From a bacterium (GTDB lineage Bacteria; UBA8248; JACPRG01; G963555815): a DNA stretch of 64,000 nucleotides. The stretch is taken from assembly GCA_965218795.1 (NCBI GenBank), contig OZ244653.1, forward strand, positions 4,480,001 through 4,544,000. The letters are read 5' to 3'. This document shows, piece after piece, positions 40,448-50,798 of the stretch. Made by a program: the position numbers and the translations under genes. The notes below the pieces were generated by a model. It did not search any database and was not told the origin of the DNA. It saw only the letters and a program-made list of their open reading frames with translations. Position 1 is the stretch's first letter; each line of letters begins with the position of its first letter.

Positions 40448-41349
40448 AGAGTTACTCTGGATTCCTCAGCGACGACGGCTTCGCCATCTTCTTGTTTCAC
40501 GGCGTGATTCGGCGCCAGCGTCATGAAGTGCGAAACTACACCCGCAAACACATTTTACTGGATCGGTTCGTTTTCATTTTGCGGGACTTGGTGCAGAACG
40601 GTACGCCGGTCTCGATGCCGGAGATTGTGAAGGCCAGCGCAGAGACTCGCTCGCTGCCCGAACGCGCGTTCGCTGTGACATTCGACGACGGCTTCGAGAA
40701 CAGCTACTCCATCGCCGCGCCCGTCCTGGAGGAATTCAGGGTTCCGGCGACTTTCTACGTCACAACCCGATTTATCGAAGAAGGGGCGTGTTCCTGGATC
40801 GACATGATCGAAAGCGCGGTTGATGGGCAAGAGGAAGTCCGGCTTCGGCTGCCGGCGCTGGATGTCAACGGCCGGTACGCCACGCGGGAAGACAAGCTGG
40901 AGTTGCTCGAGGCTGTACGTCAGTATGTCAAGAATCATCCCCAGGTGGATCCCTACGCCTTCGCGCAAGAGGTCTGGGACCAATCGAGCTTGGAAGCGAT
41001 GGAACTGGATCCGGAGCTCGATGGAAAGATGAGCTGGGAGCAGCTCCGGGAACTCAACGGCAACCCTTCATTCACCGTTGGGGGACACGGGCACACCCAT
41101 CGTATCCTGGAGTTCCTGGATGATTCCGAGATGGAGGACGAGGTGGCCACGAGCCTGGGGAAGTTACGCGGGAACCTCGGCCCGGCCGTCGTTCACTATT
41201 CGTATCCCGAGGGCCTTTGGAACTGCTATTCCCAGCGGGTGATTCGAAGGCTTCGCCGTCACGGCATCGTCTGCGCCCCCAGCGCGGAAAACGGCATCAA
41301 TCATCCGGGGGACGACCTGTTCCACCTCAAACGCATTCTGGTCACCTAA
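40444..41349 (+). CDS. polysaccharide deacetylase (CE4)
   Basis: Motifs VTFDDG, GGHGHTH and SYPEG. Confidence 0.9.
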   Translation: MKSYSGFLSDDGFAIFLFHGVIRRQRHEVRNYTRKHILLDRFVFILRDLVQNGTPVSMPEIVKASAETRSLPERAFAVTFDDGFENSYSIAAPVLEEFRVPATFYVTTRFIEEGACSWIDMIESAVDGQEEVRLRLPALDVNGRYATREDKLELLEAVRQYVKNHPQVDPYAFAQEVWDQSSLEAMELDPELDGKMSWEQLRELNGNPSFTVGGHGHTHRILEFLDDSEMEDEVATSLGKLRGNLGPAVVHYSYPEGLWNCYSQRVIRRLRRHGIVCAPSAENGINHPGDDLFHLKRILVT

Positions 41350-41383
41350 GAAGGGCATTGGCGAGAAGGACACCGTCGGTTCG

Positions 41384-43213
41384 ATGTGCGGGATTGCCGG
41401 GTATTTCGGCCCAGAGCAACTCGATGAGGAGCGCGTTCGCGCCTGTCTGGCCCTGATGGGTCGCCGGGGGCCGGACCACGCGGCGCACCGTCACTGGATC
41501 AACGTCGCGGGAAATCATGTCCACCTTCTTCATTCCCGCCTCCGGATCATCGATCTGGACGACCGAGCCAACCAACCCTACAGGGTCGGCTCGAAGTGGC
41601 TGGTCTACAACGGTGAACTCTACAACTACCTGGAGTTACGTCGTGAACTGGCCGCTGCGGGATGCGGGTTCACCACCGAGTCCGACACGGAGGTGTTGCT
41701 CGAAGCCGTGGACAGCGTCGGCTGGTCGGTCCTGGACCGCTTCGAGGGGATGTGGGCCTTCGCGGTCTTTGACGAGGCGGACGGATCGCTCACCTTCTGC
41801 CGCGACCGCTTCGGCGAGAAACCGCTGTGTCTTTTCCGGGAAGGGTCGGGGCTGTACTTCGGCTCGGAGGTCAAGTTCATCGCGGCCCTCCTGGGGCGGA
41901 GGTTGGAGGTCAACGTTGATCACCTCTACCGCTACATGGTCAACGGCTACACGGCCCTCTACAAAGGACAGGAGACGTTCTTCAAAGGATTGCAGGAGCT
42001 CTCCCCGGGTACCGTCCTTCGCCTGGACGCCGACGGAGGGGAGGACCGCCGAAGCTTTTGGAGCCCGCAATTCTGTCCGGATGACACCCTGTCCTACCGG
42101 GATGCCGTGGAGGGAACCCGGGAGCGGCTGGTTCGGTCTATGGAATTGCGCCTGCGGGCCGATGTGCCGCTCGCCTTTTGCATGAGCGGCGGCATCGATT
42201 CGAATTCTCTCATCAGCGTCGCCAAGCGCGTGTGCGGCTATGACGTTCATGGCTTCACCGTCGTCAATTCCGATACCCGGTACGAAGAACAAGACATGGT
42301 CCAGTGCGCCGTCGGCGAGCTGGGGCTGCGGCATACGTCCATTCCGGCGGACACCGCGGGCTTTTTGCCGAAGCTGCGACGGTTGATTCGCTGTCACGAC
42401 GCCCCCGTGTGCACCATTACCTATTTTGCCCACTGGCTCCTGATGGAAAGCATTGCCGAGCACGGTTATCGCATTTCGGTCAGCGGGACCGCGGCCGATG
42501 AGCTGTTTACCGGTTATTACGATCACCACCTGGCCTATCTGTATGAAGTTCGACAAGACGCCGACCTGCATAAGGCCTCCCTCGAGGCGTGGAAGCGGAA
42601 TGTGAGGCCCGTGGTGCGAAACCCGTTTCTGGTCGATCCGGATGTGTTCATCGGGAACCCGGGACTTCGGGATCACATCTTCCTGGACGCCGACGAATTC
42701 GCCCGTTATTTGATGGTGGAATGGCAAGAACCCTTCACGGAGAAGCGCTTCACCGACAGCCTTCTGCGCAACCGGATGCTGAACGAGATGTTTGCGGAGA
42801 ATGTACCCGTTTTCCTCCGCGAGGACGATTTGAACGCCATGTACTTCTCCATTGAAAATCGCTCTCCATTTTTGGATCGGAATCTATTTGAGTTCTCCTT
42901 CCGTATTCCTTCCAAATACCTGATTCGGAGCGGGTTCGCCAAGGCGGTCCTGCGGGACGCTATGCGGGGCATCGTGCCGGACCCGATCTTGGACAATCCC
43001 CGGAAGGTCGGCTTCAACGCGCCCATCTTCTCGTTCCTCGACGTTGGGGACCCCGACGTTCAAGGCGAGATCCTGGATGACAGCCCCATCTACGATCACG
43101 TGCGCCGGGACAAGATGGAACAATTGCTCCAAAAGCCTGACCTCCCCAATAGCGAAAGCAAATTTCTGTTCTACTTCCTGAACTGCAAGAGCTTCCTGGA
43201 GGAGTTTTCGTGA
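41384..43213 (+). CDS. asparagine synthase-like glutamine amidotransferase (AsnB family, glycan amidation)
   Basis: N-terminal MCGIAG; motifs RRGPD, YNGELYNY, RDRFGEKPL, SGGIDS and ENRSPFLD. Confidence 0.93.
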   Translation: MCGIAGYFGPEQLDEERVRACLALMGRRGPDHAAHRHWINVAGNHVHLLHSRLRIIDLDDRANQPYRVGSKWLVYNGELYNYLELRRELAAAGCGFTTESDTEVLLEAVDSVGWSVLDRFEGMWAFAVFDEADGSLTFCRDRFGEKPLCLFREGSGLYFGSEVKFIAALLGRRLEVNVDHLYRYMVNGYTALYKGQETFFKGLQELSPGTVLRLDADGGEDRRSFWSPQFCPDDTLSYRDAVEGTRERLVRSMELRLRADVPLAFCMSGGIDSNSLISVAKRVCGYDVHGFTVVNSDTRYEEQDMVQCAVGELGLRHTSIPADTAGFLPKLRRLIRCHDAPVCTITYFAHWLLMESIAEHGYRISVSGTAADELFTGYYDHHLAYLYEVRQDADLHKASLEAWKRNVRPVVRNPFLVDPDVFIGNPGLRDHIFLDADEFARYLMVEWQEPFTEKRFTDSLLRNRMLNEMFAENVPVFLREDDLNAMYFSIENRSPFLDRNLFEFSFRIPSKYLIRSGFAKAVLRDAMRGIVPDPILDNPRKVGFNAPIFSFLDVGDPDVQGEILDDSPIYDHVRRDKMEQLLQKPDLPNSESKFLFYFLNCKSFLEEFS

Positions 43214-44331
43214 TGATGTATTGCGCGAAGTGCATCATTCCATCGACCCGGCCCAATATCCAGTTTGACGCCGGGGGCGTGTGCAACGCCTGCACCGCCC
43301 ACGACATGAAGCCCGAGATCGATTGGGATGAACGTGAGCGGGCCTTTGGGGAGACAGTCAGCCATGCGAAATCGCGTAGCCGGGGCTACGATTGCGTCAT
43401 ACCCGCCAGCGGGGGAAAGGACAGTACGTGGCAGGTCGACCTGTGCCTGAAATATGGCCTGAATCCTCTGGTTGTCACCTGGAAGCCTCCGAGTCGAACC
43501 GAGATCGGCGCGCGGAACCTTGCCAATCTGGTGAACCTCGGTGTGGACCACGTCGATTATCAGGTGAATCCCAAGGTCGAAAAAAAGTTTCTGTACCGGG
43601 CGCTCGTCCAGTACGGCGCCGCGGCCATCCCGATGCACATGGCCATGTACAACATCCCGAGGGTGGTCGCGGTGAAGTACGACATTCCTTTGGTGATTTG
43701 GGGGGAGAATTCGGCTTTCGAGTATGGCGGGTCCGGAAAGGAGCGCTACGGCTTTCAGTTGGACAACGAGTGGCTCAAAACGTATGGGGTGACCCATGGG
43801 ACGACGGCCCGGGATTGGATTTGTGAGGAGCTGACTGAGAAGGAGATGACACCGTATTTCGGGCCGACCAATGAGGAGCTGGAGGCGAAAGGGGTCCTGG
43901 CGGTGTTCCTGGGCTACTACTTTTGGTGGGACCCCGAAACCGTTCTTGAAGCGGCCCGCTCCTGCGGGTTTCAGATCCGCGAGGAGGGTCCCAAGACTGG
44001 ATATTACAACTATGCGGACATCGACGACGACTTTATTTCCGTCCACCACTATCTCAAGTGGCACAAATTCGGGCTCACCCGTACCTACGACAACTTGTCC
44101 CTGGAGATTCGAAACGGGAGGATGACCCGCGAAGAGGCCGTTCAGGTCCTTCGCGAACGCGGCGACGAGACCCCTTTGGAGGACATCGAAAAGTTCTGCG
44201 CGTTCATCGGTATTACCCAAAGGCATTTCTTCGAGGTGATCGAGCGGTTCCGTAACCCGGATATCTGGGTCAGACGGAACGGAAAGTGGCGAATCGAAGG
44301 ATTTTTGATTCCGGATTGGGAGTGGACATGA
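43210..44331 (+). CDS. N-acetyl sugar amidotransferase (WbpG/PseA family)
   Basis: CAKC..PSTRP...CNAC and YDCVIPASGGKDS; motifs WGEN and KFGLTR. Confidence 0.92.
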   Translation: MMMYCAKCIIPSTRPNIQFDAGGVCNACTAHDMKPEIDWDERERAFGETVSHAKSRSRGYDCVIPASGGKDSTWQVDLCLKYGLNPLVVTWKPPSRTEIGARNLANLVNLGVDHVDYQVNPKVEKKFLYRALVQYGAAAIPMHMAMYNIPRVVAVKYDIPLVIWGENSAFEYGGSGKERYGFQLDNEWLKTYGVTHGTTARDWICEELTEKEMTPYFGPTNEELEAKGVLAVFLGYYFWWDPETVLEAARSCGFQIREEGPKTGYYNYADIDDDFISVHHYLKWHKFGLTRTYDNLSLEIRNGRMTREEAVQVLRERGDETPLEDIEKFCAFIGITQRHFFEVIERFRNPDIWVRRNGKWRIEGFLIPDWEWT

Positions 44332-45608
44332 GGTTCAAACCCACAGAGCCTCCCCGCGTTTTTTCCGTGGGACGCGGCGAGGTCGTCAACCTGAAAGATT
44401 GCGGGCGGATTGAGCTGGAGGCGGATGAACAGGTCACCTTCGTGACCGAATCCGGAGCCGAATACGACCTGGTCCGCAAGTCTTGGGGGTTTTATGCCAC
44501 CCCCTCGCTCAACGGCCGCCTTCGCCGATTCGGTTTGCGGGCGGTGCTCGTCAAGGCCACTGACGGAAAGTTTTATATCTTTCTGGTCGAAGGCAGTCAA
44601 GAAGACGAATTCCATCGTTACTTGAAGGTCGAGGGCCATCAAGTCGTCTCGTGGCTGGATAGCGACGACGCGCTCGAAGCCCTTGAACGCAAGTTGAACC
44701 TACGTGAGATGAAAGAGATTGATGCGCCTCTCCGGTGCCCGTGTGAAGGAGCGTATTTTTCTCAGCGATTCTCCTATCTCTCTCCTCCGGAGGGCGAAGT
44801 CCGCATCCGCATCGATTCCCTCGGCGCGTATCGGAGAGAGGTCGTTCGCTGCAGCGTGTGCGGCCACTTCGCCTCCAACCATGACATGGACATCCACGAT
44901 CTCTATCGTTCCGACTACGTTACCTCCATTTACGAGGATGCGATCGGAATCCGCCGGGCCTTCGACCGGATCAATTCGCTGGATCCCGCCCTCTCGGACA
45001 ACGTCGGTCGCGTTCGGCGGGTGATCGCATTCGCGAAAGAACATCCGGCCGCCGCCGAGCGGGACAGGCGGCCTCCCTCGGTCCTGGACGTGGGATCGGG
45101 CTTGTGCGTGTTCTTGTACCGGATGAAGTCGGAGGGATGGGACTGCACGGCGGTGGACCCGGACTCCCGGTCGGTTCAACACGCCCGCGATACGGTCGGG
45201 GTGAAGGCGGTCTGTGGTGACTTCCGATCCCTTCAGGAGCTGGGTCGCTTCGACGCCTTGACCTTCAACAAGGTGCTGGAACACGTTGAGGACCCCGTGG
45301 GAATGCTGTCGAAGAGCGCGGAGAATCTCTACGACGGGGGCTTCGTCTACGTGGAGGTTCCAGACGGGGAGAGCGCGGCGGCCGAGGGAGCGGGTCGCCA
45401 AGAGTTCTTCATCGAACATTTGCATGTTTTCAGCAGTGCCTCGTTGACGTTGCTCGCAAGCCGTTCGGGGTTCACCGTCCGTCGACTGGAGCGTCTTCGT
45501 GAGCCAAGTGGGAAGTTCACACTCTGCGCCTTCCTCATTACTGAAAAGAGAGGTCAAGCAGGCGGTGGGTTCCCTCGCCGAGACGGGAGCGTTCCATCGC
45601 CCCCCTGA
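44328..45608 (+). CDS. class I SAM methyltransferase with extra N-terminal ~120-aa domain
   Basis: N-domain 'DCGRIEL..EQVTF...YDLVRKSWGFYATPSLNGRL', then CPC..CSVC, LDVGSG and KVLEHV. Confidence 0.82.
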   Translation: MRFKPTEPPRVFSVGRGEVVNLKDCGRIELEADEQVTFVTESGAEYDLVRKSWGFYATPSLNGRLRRFGLRAVLVKATDGKFYIFLVEGSQEDEFHRYLKVEGHQVVSWLDSDDALEALERKLNLREMKEIDAPLRCPCEGAYFSQRFSYLSPPEGEVRIRIDSLGAYRREVVRCSVCGHFASNHDMDIHDLYRSDYVTSIYEDAIGIRRAFDRINSLDPALSDNVGRVRRVIAFAKEHPAAAERDRRPPSVLDVGSGLCVFLYRMKSEGWDCTAVDPDSRSVQHARDTVGVKAVCGDFRSLQELGRFDALTFNKVLEHVEDPVGMLSKSAENLYDGGFVYVEVPDGESAAAEGAGRQEFFIEHLHVFSSASLTLLASRSGFTVRRLERLREPSGKFTLCAFLITEKRGQAGGGFPRRDGSVPSPP

Positions 45609-45669
45609 CCCGGCGCGAACACTCCTTCTTGGCGGATGGCCCCCGAAAGTCGATGAATAGGAGCGGAGA

Positions 45670-46419
45670 ATGACCCACGCGCATGAATCGCAGAAGCAAC
45701 TCTGGGAGGAATCCTACCGAGACCGGGCCGTCCAGCAGGCTTATAACACAGCGCCTGTAGAGGCCCTGGTCCGGGTGGTGTCTTACTATTTGCGGGATCG
45801 GTTTGATCCGGGTGAACTGGAAGGCCTTCACTTTCTGGAGATGGGATGCGGGACCGGTCCGAATCTGGTTTGGTTGGCCCAAAAAGGGATTCGTGTCAGC
45901 GGTGTGGATATCTCTGGAGCGTCGTTGCAATTGGCCCGCCAAAACCTCGAGCACGCTGACCTCTCGCATCTTGTCGGGAGATTGGTCGAGGCCCCGGTCG
46001 ACAAGGTGCCTTTCGAGGGGGAGTGCTTCGACGGCATCGTGGAGGCCTGTGTCTTCCAGCATCTGGACCGAGACCAGCGGCGATCCACCTTTCTGGAGGT
46101 GGGTCGAATGCTCAAGCCCGGCGGTCTCTTCGTGGGGTATATGTTGGACGCGGGTCACACCGTGTTTCAGGCGAAGGCCGCCGAGCAGTTGCAGGATGAC
46201 CCGGGCAGCTTGGTTTTGCAGAGCGAAGGCCCGCGCATTCGCCTCGAAAATATGGGGCTGTGCCATTTCTTTCGAAAAGATGAATTCCATGATTTGTTTG
46301 CCGGTTTTTCTGTAGTCGATCCCTGCTTGACGACCTACTGCCTGCCTCAAGAGGAATCCCGAAAACGGGGATTTGACGAATACCTTCAGAGTATGTGGAC
46401 TGTCTATGCGGTCAAGTGA
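45670..46419 (+). CDS. class I SAM methyltransferase
   Basis: Motifs LEMGCGTG, GVDIS and LKPGG. Confidence 0.88.
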   Translation: MTHAHESQKQLWEESYRDRAVQQAYNTAPVEALVRVVSYYLRDRFDPGELEGLHFLEMGCGTGPNLVWLAQKGIRVSGVDISGASLQLARQNLEHADLSHLVGRLVEAPVDKVPFEGECFDGIVEACVFQHLDRDQRRSTFLEVGRMLKPGGLFVGYMLDAGHTVFQAKAAEQLQDDPGSLVLQSEGPRIRLENMGLCHFFRKDEFHDLFAGFSVVDPCLTTYCLPQEESRKRGFDEYLQSMWTVYAVK

Positions 46420-46422
46420 AAG

Positions 46423-47139
46423 ATGAGCGGCGTTGCGAATCCGATCTGGAATCCCTGGTCGAATGATGGAAGCACGCTGGAGTTGTACCGTCGTCGTTGT
46501 CGTCAGGAGGCGGAGGAGATGACGTGCGCCGCCCAGGCGGGGGAGATCTTGAGCGAGAGGGTTTCCCCGGGGGAGACCCTTCTCGATGCCGGTTGCGGCG
46601 GGGGGTACTACTACTGGTCATTGCAGGATCGATGTGTGGATATCGAGTACTTTGGGTTGGACTACACGCCGGAGATGATTGCCATGGCCCAGGCGGAGAT
46701 GTGTCCCCGGACCGGCCTCCCTCCCGATCGATTCATTCTGGGCTCCATTGAAAATCTCGACCGGGAGTTTGACAACATCATCTGCTTCAATGTCCTGACC
46801 AATAGCCCTCACTACGCTTTGCCGTTGGGTCGTCTGCTGGCTTGTGCCAACAAGCGGATCGTCATCAGGGAGAGTCTGGGGGACGAGCTCGTCACCCGTT
46901 ACACGCCCGATCCCTATCTGGATGAAGGCAAGCGTCACATTCGCGTCTATCACAACATGTATCCCCGTCAGGAAATGGTTCGGTTCATGGAGGAGAACGG
47001 ATTTCAAGTCAGCCGTGTTGTCGATGAGCGCTCGCAGGACGGTATGGAGATGGTTGTTGACATTCCTCATTGGTGGCGGATTCTGATTGGGGAGCGGACA
47101 CCGCATGATCGCGGGGCGAGAAAGGTCAACTGTGTCTAG
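46423..47139 (+). CDS. class I SAM methyltransferase
   Basis: Motifs LDAGCGGG and GLDY. Confidence 0.85.
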   Translation: MSGVANPIWNPWSNDGSTLELYRRRCRQEAEEMTCAAQAGEILSERVSPGETLLDAGCGGGYYYWSLQDRCVDIEYFGLDYTPEMIAMAQAEMCPRTGLPPDRFILGSIENLDREFDNIICFNVLTNSPHYALPLGRLLACANKRIVIRESLGDELVTRYTPDPYLDEGKRHIRVYHNMYPRQEMVRFMEENGFQVSRVVDERSQDGMEMVVDIPHWWRILIGERTPHDRGARKVNCV

Positions 47140-49015
47140 AATCGCGGGCATTTTTCCCGCCGGCAGTACAGAGCGTCGAACATCGCAACTCAACGGTATG
47201 TTGGAGGCCTGCCGAGGGGGCGGGCACTGGGAGTTCCGTCGCCAAGAGGATGGTGTCGTGTCCCTGGGGTGGTGCGGCTGGGGGGAACCGAACGTCGCGT
47301 CGGTCGAGGGGGTCCTGGCGGTCCTGGACGGCGCGATATACAACCGAGAAGAATTAGGGACCGCCCGAAATGACGCCGGGCTGCTGGCCGACCTCTACCA
47401 GCGGTACGGCTTTGCGGCGGCCTTGCAAAAAATCAACGGCGACTTTTCAGCGGCGCTCTTTGACTCGGCGGCGCACACGCTCTGGATCGGCCGGGACCGC
47501 TTCGGCGTCAAGCCGCTCTACTACCTGAAAACGGAGGAGACATTCGCCTTCGCGTCGAGGCCGAGTGCGCTGCTTACGCTTCCAGGGGTCACCCGGGAGG
47601 TGAATCGCCAGTACGTCGGGCTTTTCGCCGCCTCCCACTATCGCTATTTCGACAACGACCCCGGGAGATCGCCCTATCGAGACATAGCCCAGCTTCCGGG
47701 CTCCCATCTGCTTTGTGTGAAGGATACGGGGTGGGAAAAGAAGCCGTATTGGTCCCTCCAGGATGCGCCGGAACTCGCGGATTCCGAGGCAGACCTTGCG
47801 GAGCGTTACCGAGAGTTGGTGTTGGATGCCGTCTCGCTACGGCTCCAGTCGGCCGACCGTCCGGCCTTTACCCTTTCCGGTGGGATGGACTCCTCCTCCG
47901 TCATGGCGTGCGCCGTTCGAGTCACAGGGAAGAAGCAGACCGCCTTCTCGACGATTTATGAGGATCCTACCTACGACGAATCGGCTGAGATTCGGACCAC
48001 GCTGGATCACACGGTGGAGCGATGGCATCCGGTGAACGTGGGAAACCCGGAGATTCCCTCCATGGTTTCCCGGATGATCGATCTCCACGATGAGCCGGTG
48101 GCCACGGCCACGTGGTTATCCCATTACCTGTTATGTCAGGAAGTCCAGAGGGAAGGATTTGACGTACTCTTTGGCGGATTGGGGGGCGACGAACTCAACG
48201 CGGGCGAGTACGAGCACTTTTTGTATTTTTTTGCCGATCTGAGATCGGTCGGATGTGATTCGGACCTGGAGCGTGAGACTCGAAAGTGGATCGAGTACCA
48301 CGATCACCCGGTTTTCCGAAAGAGCCGTGACGTCCTGGAAGATGGGCTTTCCCGTATGACCGATCCTTCCCGTCCGGGTCGATGTCTGCCGGATAGGAAT
48401 CGCCTGCACCGGTATGCCTCGGCGCTGAATCCCGATTACTTCGATCTGAACGGGTTTGACCCCGCCATGGATCACCATTTCACGAGCTATTTGAAGAACC
48501 GTACCTGGCAGGATCTGACCCGCGAAACGATTCCCTGCTGCCTGCGGGCAGAGGACAGAAACTCTATCGCCTTCGATCTCCATCCCTTTCTCCCTTTCTT
48601 CGATCACCGGTTGGTGGAGTTCATGTTTCGGATACCGGGGACTCTGAAAATCCGCGACGGGGTGACAAAGCACCTGCTTCGCGAGGCCATGCGGGGGATC
48701 CTGCCGACGGAGACCCGAACGCGGGTCAAGAAATCCGGTTGGAACGCGCCCGCGCACATGTGGTTCTCGGGTTTCGGCCGGGATTTTCTGCTGGACTTGA
48801 TTGGTTCACAAGATTTCCGGGAAAGGGGTATCTACGAGGTCAAGGAGGTGCGCCGGCTCCTCAATGAGCACGAGACCATCGTTGCCTCGGGCGCTCCAAT
48901 GGAGAACCACATGATGTTCCTTTGGCAGGTTGTGAATCTGGAACTCTGGCTCAGGACACTCGATACTCGCGAATGGGAGATGAGGCCCGTGGAGACCTCG
49001 GAAAAGGAGTACTGA
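47132..49015 (+). CDS. AsnB-like amidotransferase/amide synthetase lacking N-terminal Cys
   Basis: Start MSRIAGIF; motifs RDRFGVKPLYY, LSGGMDSS, GGDEL and PFFDHRLVE. Confidence 0.88.
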   Translation: MSRIAGIFPAGSTERRTSQLNGMLEACRGGGHWEFRRQEDGVVSLGWCGWGEPNVASVEGVLAVLDGAIYNREELGTARNDAGLLADLYQRYGFAAALQKINGDFSAALFDSAAHTLWIGRDRFGVKPLYYLKTEETFAFASRPSALLTLPGVTREVNRQYVGLFAASHYRYFDNDPGRSPYRDIAQLPGSHLLCVKDTGWEKKPYWSLQDAPELADSEADLAERYRELVLDAVSLRLQSADRPAFTLSGGMDSSSVMACAVRVTGKKQTAFSTIYEDPTYDESAEIRTTLDHTVERWHPVNVGNPEIPSMVSRMIDLHDEPVATATWLSHYLLCQEVQREGFDVLFGGLGGDELNAGEYEHFLYFFADLRSVGCDSDLERETRKWIEYHDHPVFRKSRDVLEDGLSRMTDPSRPGRCLPDRNRLHRYASALNPDYFDLNGFDPAMDHHFTSYLKNRTWQDLTRETIPCCLRAEDRNSIAFDLHPFLPFFDHRLVEFMFRIPGTLKIRDGVTKHLLREAMRGILPTETRTRVKKSGWNAPAHMWFSGFGRDFLLDLIGSQDFRERGIYEVKEVRRLLNEHETIVASGAPMENHMMFLWQVVNLELWLRTLDTREWEMRPVETSEKEY

Positions 49016-49144
49016 GGAACCAAGTGGTGCGCCCGGATTGCGTCCCGGATGATTCGACTCCCCGGACGTCAATCGATGTTCAGGCGGCCTCGCCGTATGG
49101 AAGCTTCCGACGAAACTTCTTCAGAAGAGCGTGGGACACATTCG

Positions 49145-49276
49145 ATGACGTATTCACCGGCAATACTCTCTATGCAATTTGGCGGGCATGACACGGCGGC
49201 CGCCCTCCCGATGAATGGAAAAACCGTGGGGGCCTGTGAGCAAGAAGAGAGAGTAAGAAAGGAAGAAGTTCTTTGA
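49145..49276 (+). pseudogene. carbamoyltransferase (NodU/CmcH) N-terminal remnant
   Basis: 'GGHDTAAAL..NGK.VGACEQEER' matches the HD.aAAL..dG....EEER start of the family. Confidence 0.7.
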
Positions 49277-49290
49277 CGACCCAAACACCG

Positions 49291-49360
49291 ATGATAGGGC
49301 TTATCGGCTGCGGTCCGTGGGGCCGAATATTGCCCGAAACCTGGTTCACCTGGGCCTTCC
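49291..49360 (+). pseudogene. Gfo/Idh/MocA N-terminal remnant
   Basis: MIGLIGCGPWG followed, after a frameshift, by PNIARNLVHLG. Confidence 0.45.
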
Positions 49361-49420
49361 GCTCATGGTTCATGATACCTCGCAGGCGGCCATAGAGTGG
49401 GTGAGGGATGAATATCCCTA

Positions 49421-50798
49421 ATGATGAGTGAATACCGGGGCTTTCATCGCCTTACATTCTGGCTCGTTCTTCTCGGCGTGCTCCACATGGGTTTGAGCCT
49501 CGCCATGTACGAGGTCTCCATGTCCGGTTGGTTTCCAAGCCTTACCACAGGAGATGGTTTCTGGAAATTTTTGCCGGACAGCATAGGGGACCACTTAATT
49601 GCCGCCCGAATGGCCTCCCTGCTGGCTCAGGGAGATTGGGTGTCTTGGTGGCACAGTTTTCCTCGTAATGGGCAGTTTCATGTAAGGATTGTTTCTCTGT
49701 TTTACGCTCTCTTGGGGCATTCGCCCTTGAGCGCCATTCCTTTCAATACGGGGACATACCTCTTGGTCGTCTTTCTGATCTACAAGGTCGGAGAGACGCT
49801 ATTCGATAGGGAATCGGCTTTTTGGTCCTCCGTTGTCGTTGCCCTGTGGCCGTCTTTCCTCCTTCATGGCACTCAAATTGGAAAAGAACTCCTCTATGTC
49901 TTGGGGTATTTGCTCTTTTTGTTCGCCCTGTTGAGGCTGTTATGCAAAACCATCCACTTGCATGAGGCCCACTGGGTTATTCTTCCGGCCCTGGTTGGCT
50001 TTGGGACCGTGCTGGCCATACGCTTCTATATGATTTACTACACCATTGTTATTTGGTTTTTGGGAGCGGCCGTCGTTCTCCTTCGAAGCGGAGTGAGAAG
50101 GGCCATCACATCAGGGGCCTTTCCGGTGGCGATGGGAATCCTGATCTGCTTCGTGGGAATGTCCTACCTGAAGGATAGCTATCTGGATTCCTTTTATCGT
50201 GAAGCAAAGGTCCGGATCGCAGGTGTTCCGAACGCCGGCGACCATTTCTTCGGAGACCGTAGGGACCCGGCCGAAAAACAGTGGACTTTGACCTGGCAGA
50301 TCATCTACTTTCGAAAAAAGGGCCAGGTCGTGGCGAGTGGCCAATCTTATACCAAACCAGTATTCGAGATACCTGAAGGCTCGCCTGAGATTGGAAGCAA
50401 TATCGACACGAAAGTAAATTTGCAAAACGACATGGATATCTTGAGATATCTGCCCCGCGCCCTGCAGATCGGCTTGGGCGCCCCGTTTCCGAGTATGTGG
50501 TTCAACGCCAGCGGCACAGTTGGTTTAATGGGGAGAATGTTGGCCGGTTTGGAAACCGCCCTGATGTATGCGGCCTTTGTGATGGCAGCAATGTGCTTCA
50601 TCCGAAACTGGCGAAATCCGGGCTTGTGGATTCTGGGGGTCTTTGCGCTTGTGAGGGATGCTGCTCCTGGGCTTGGTGGTCATCAATGTGGGGCAGTTGT
50701 TTCGGTTACGATACGTTTTCTGGTTCGCTGCACTCATCCCGGCAGTGAATACCTGCGTCCATTATTACAGGCGACAGATGCGAGGAGGCCATGCCTAG
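49421..50798 (+). pseudogene. GT-C/Wzy-like polytopic membrane protein, frameshift near 50655
   Basis: About 10 TM segments and 'APFPSMW'. The likely true C-terminus 'GLVVINVGQLFRLRY...' is in another frame ending at TAG 50798. Confidence 0.65.

Noticed and set aside
41384-43213. AsnB-like genes as lasso-peptide cyclases or housekeeping asparagine synthetase
   Set aside because: No precursor peptide, B protein or RRE gene seen; the context is glycan biosynthesis.
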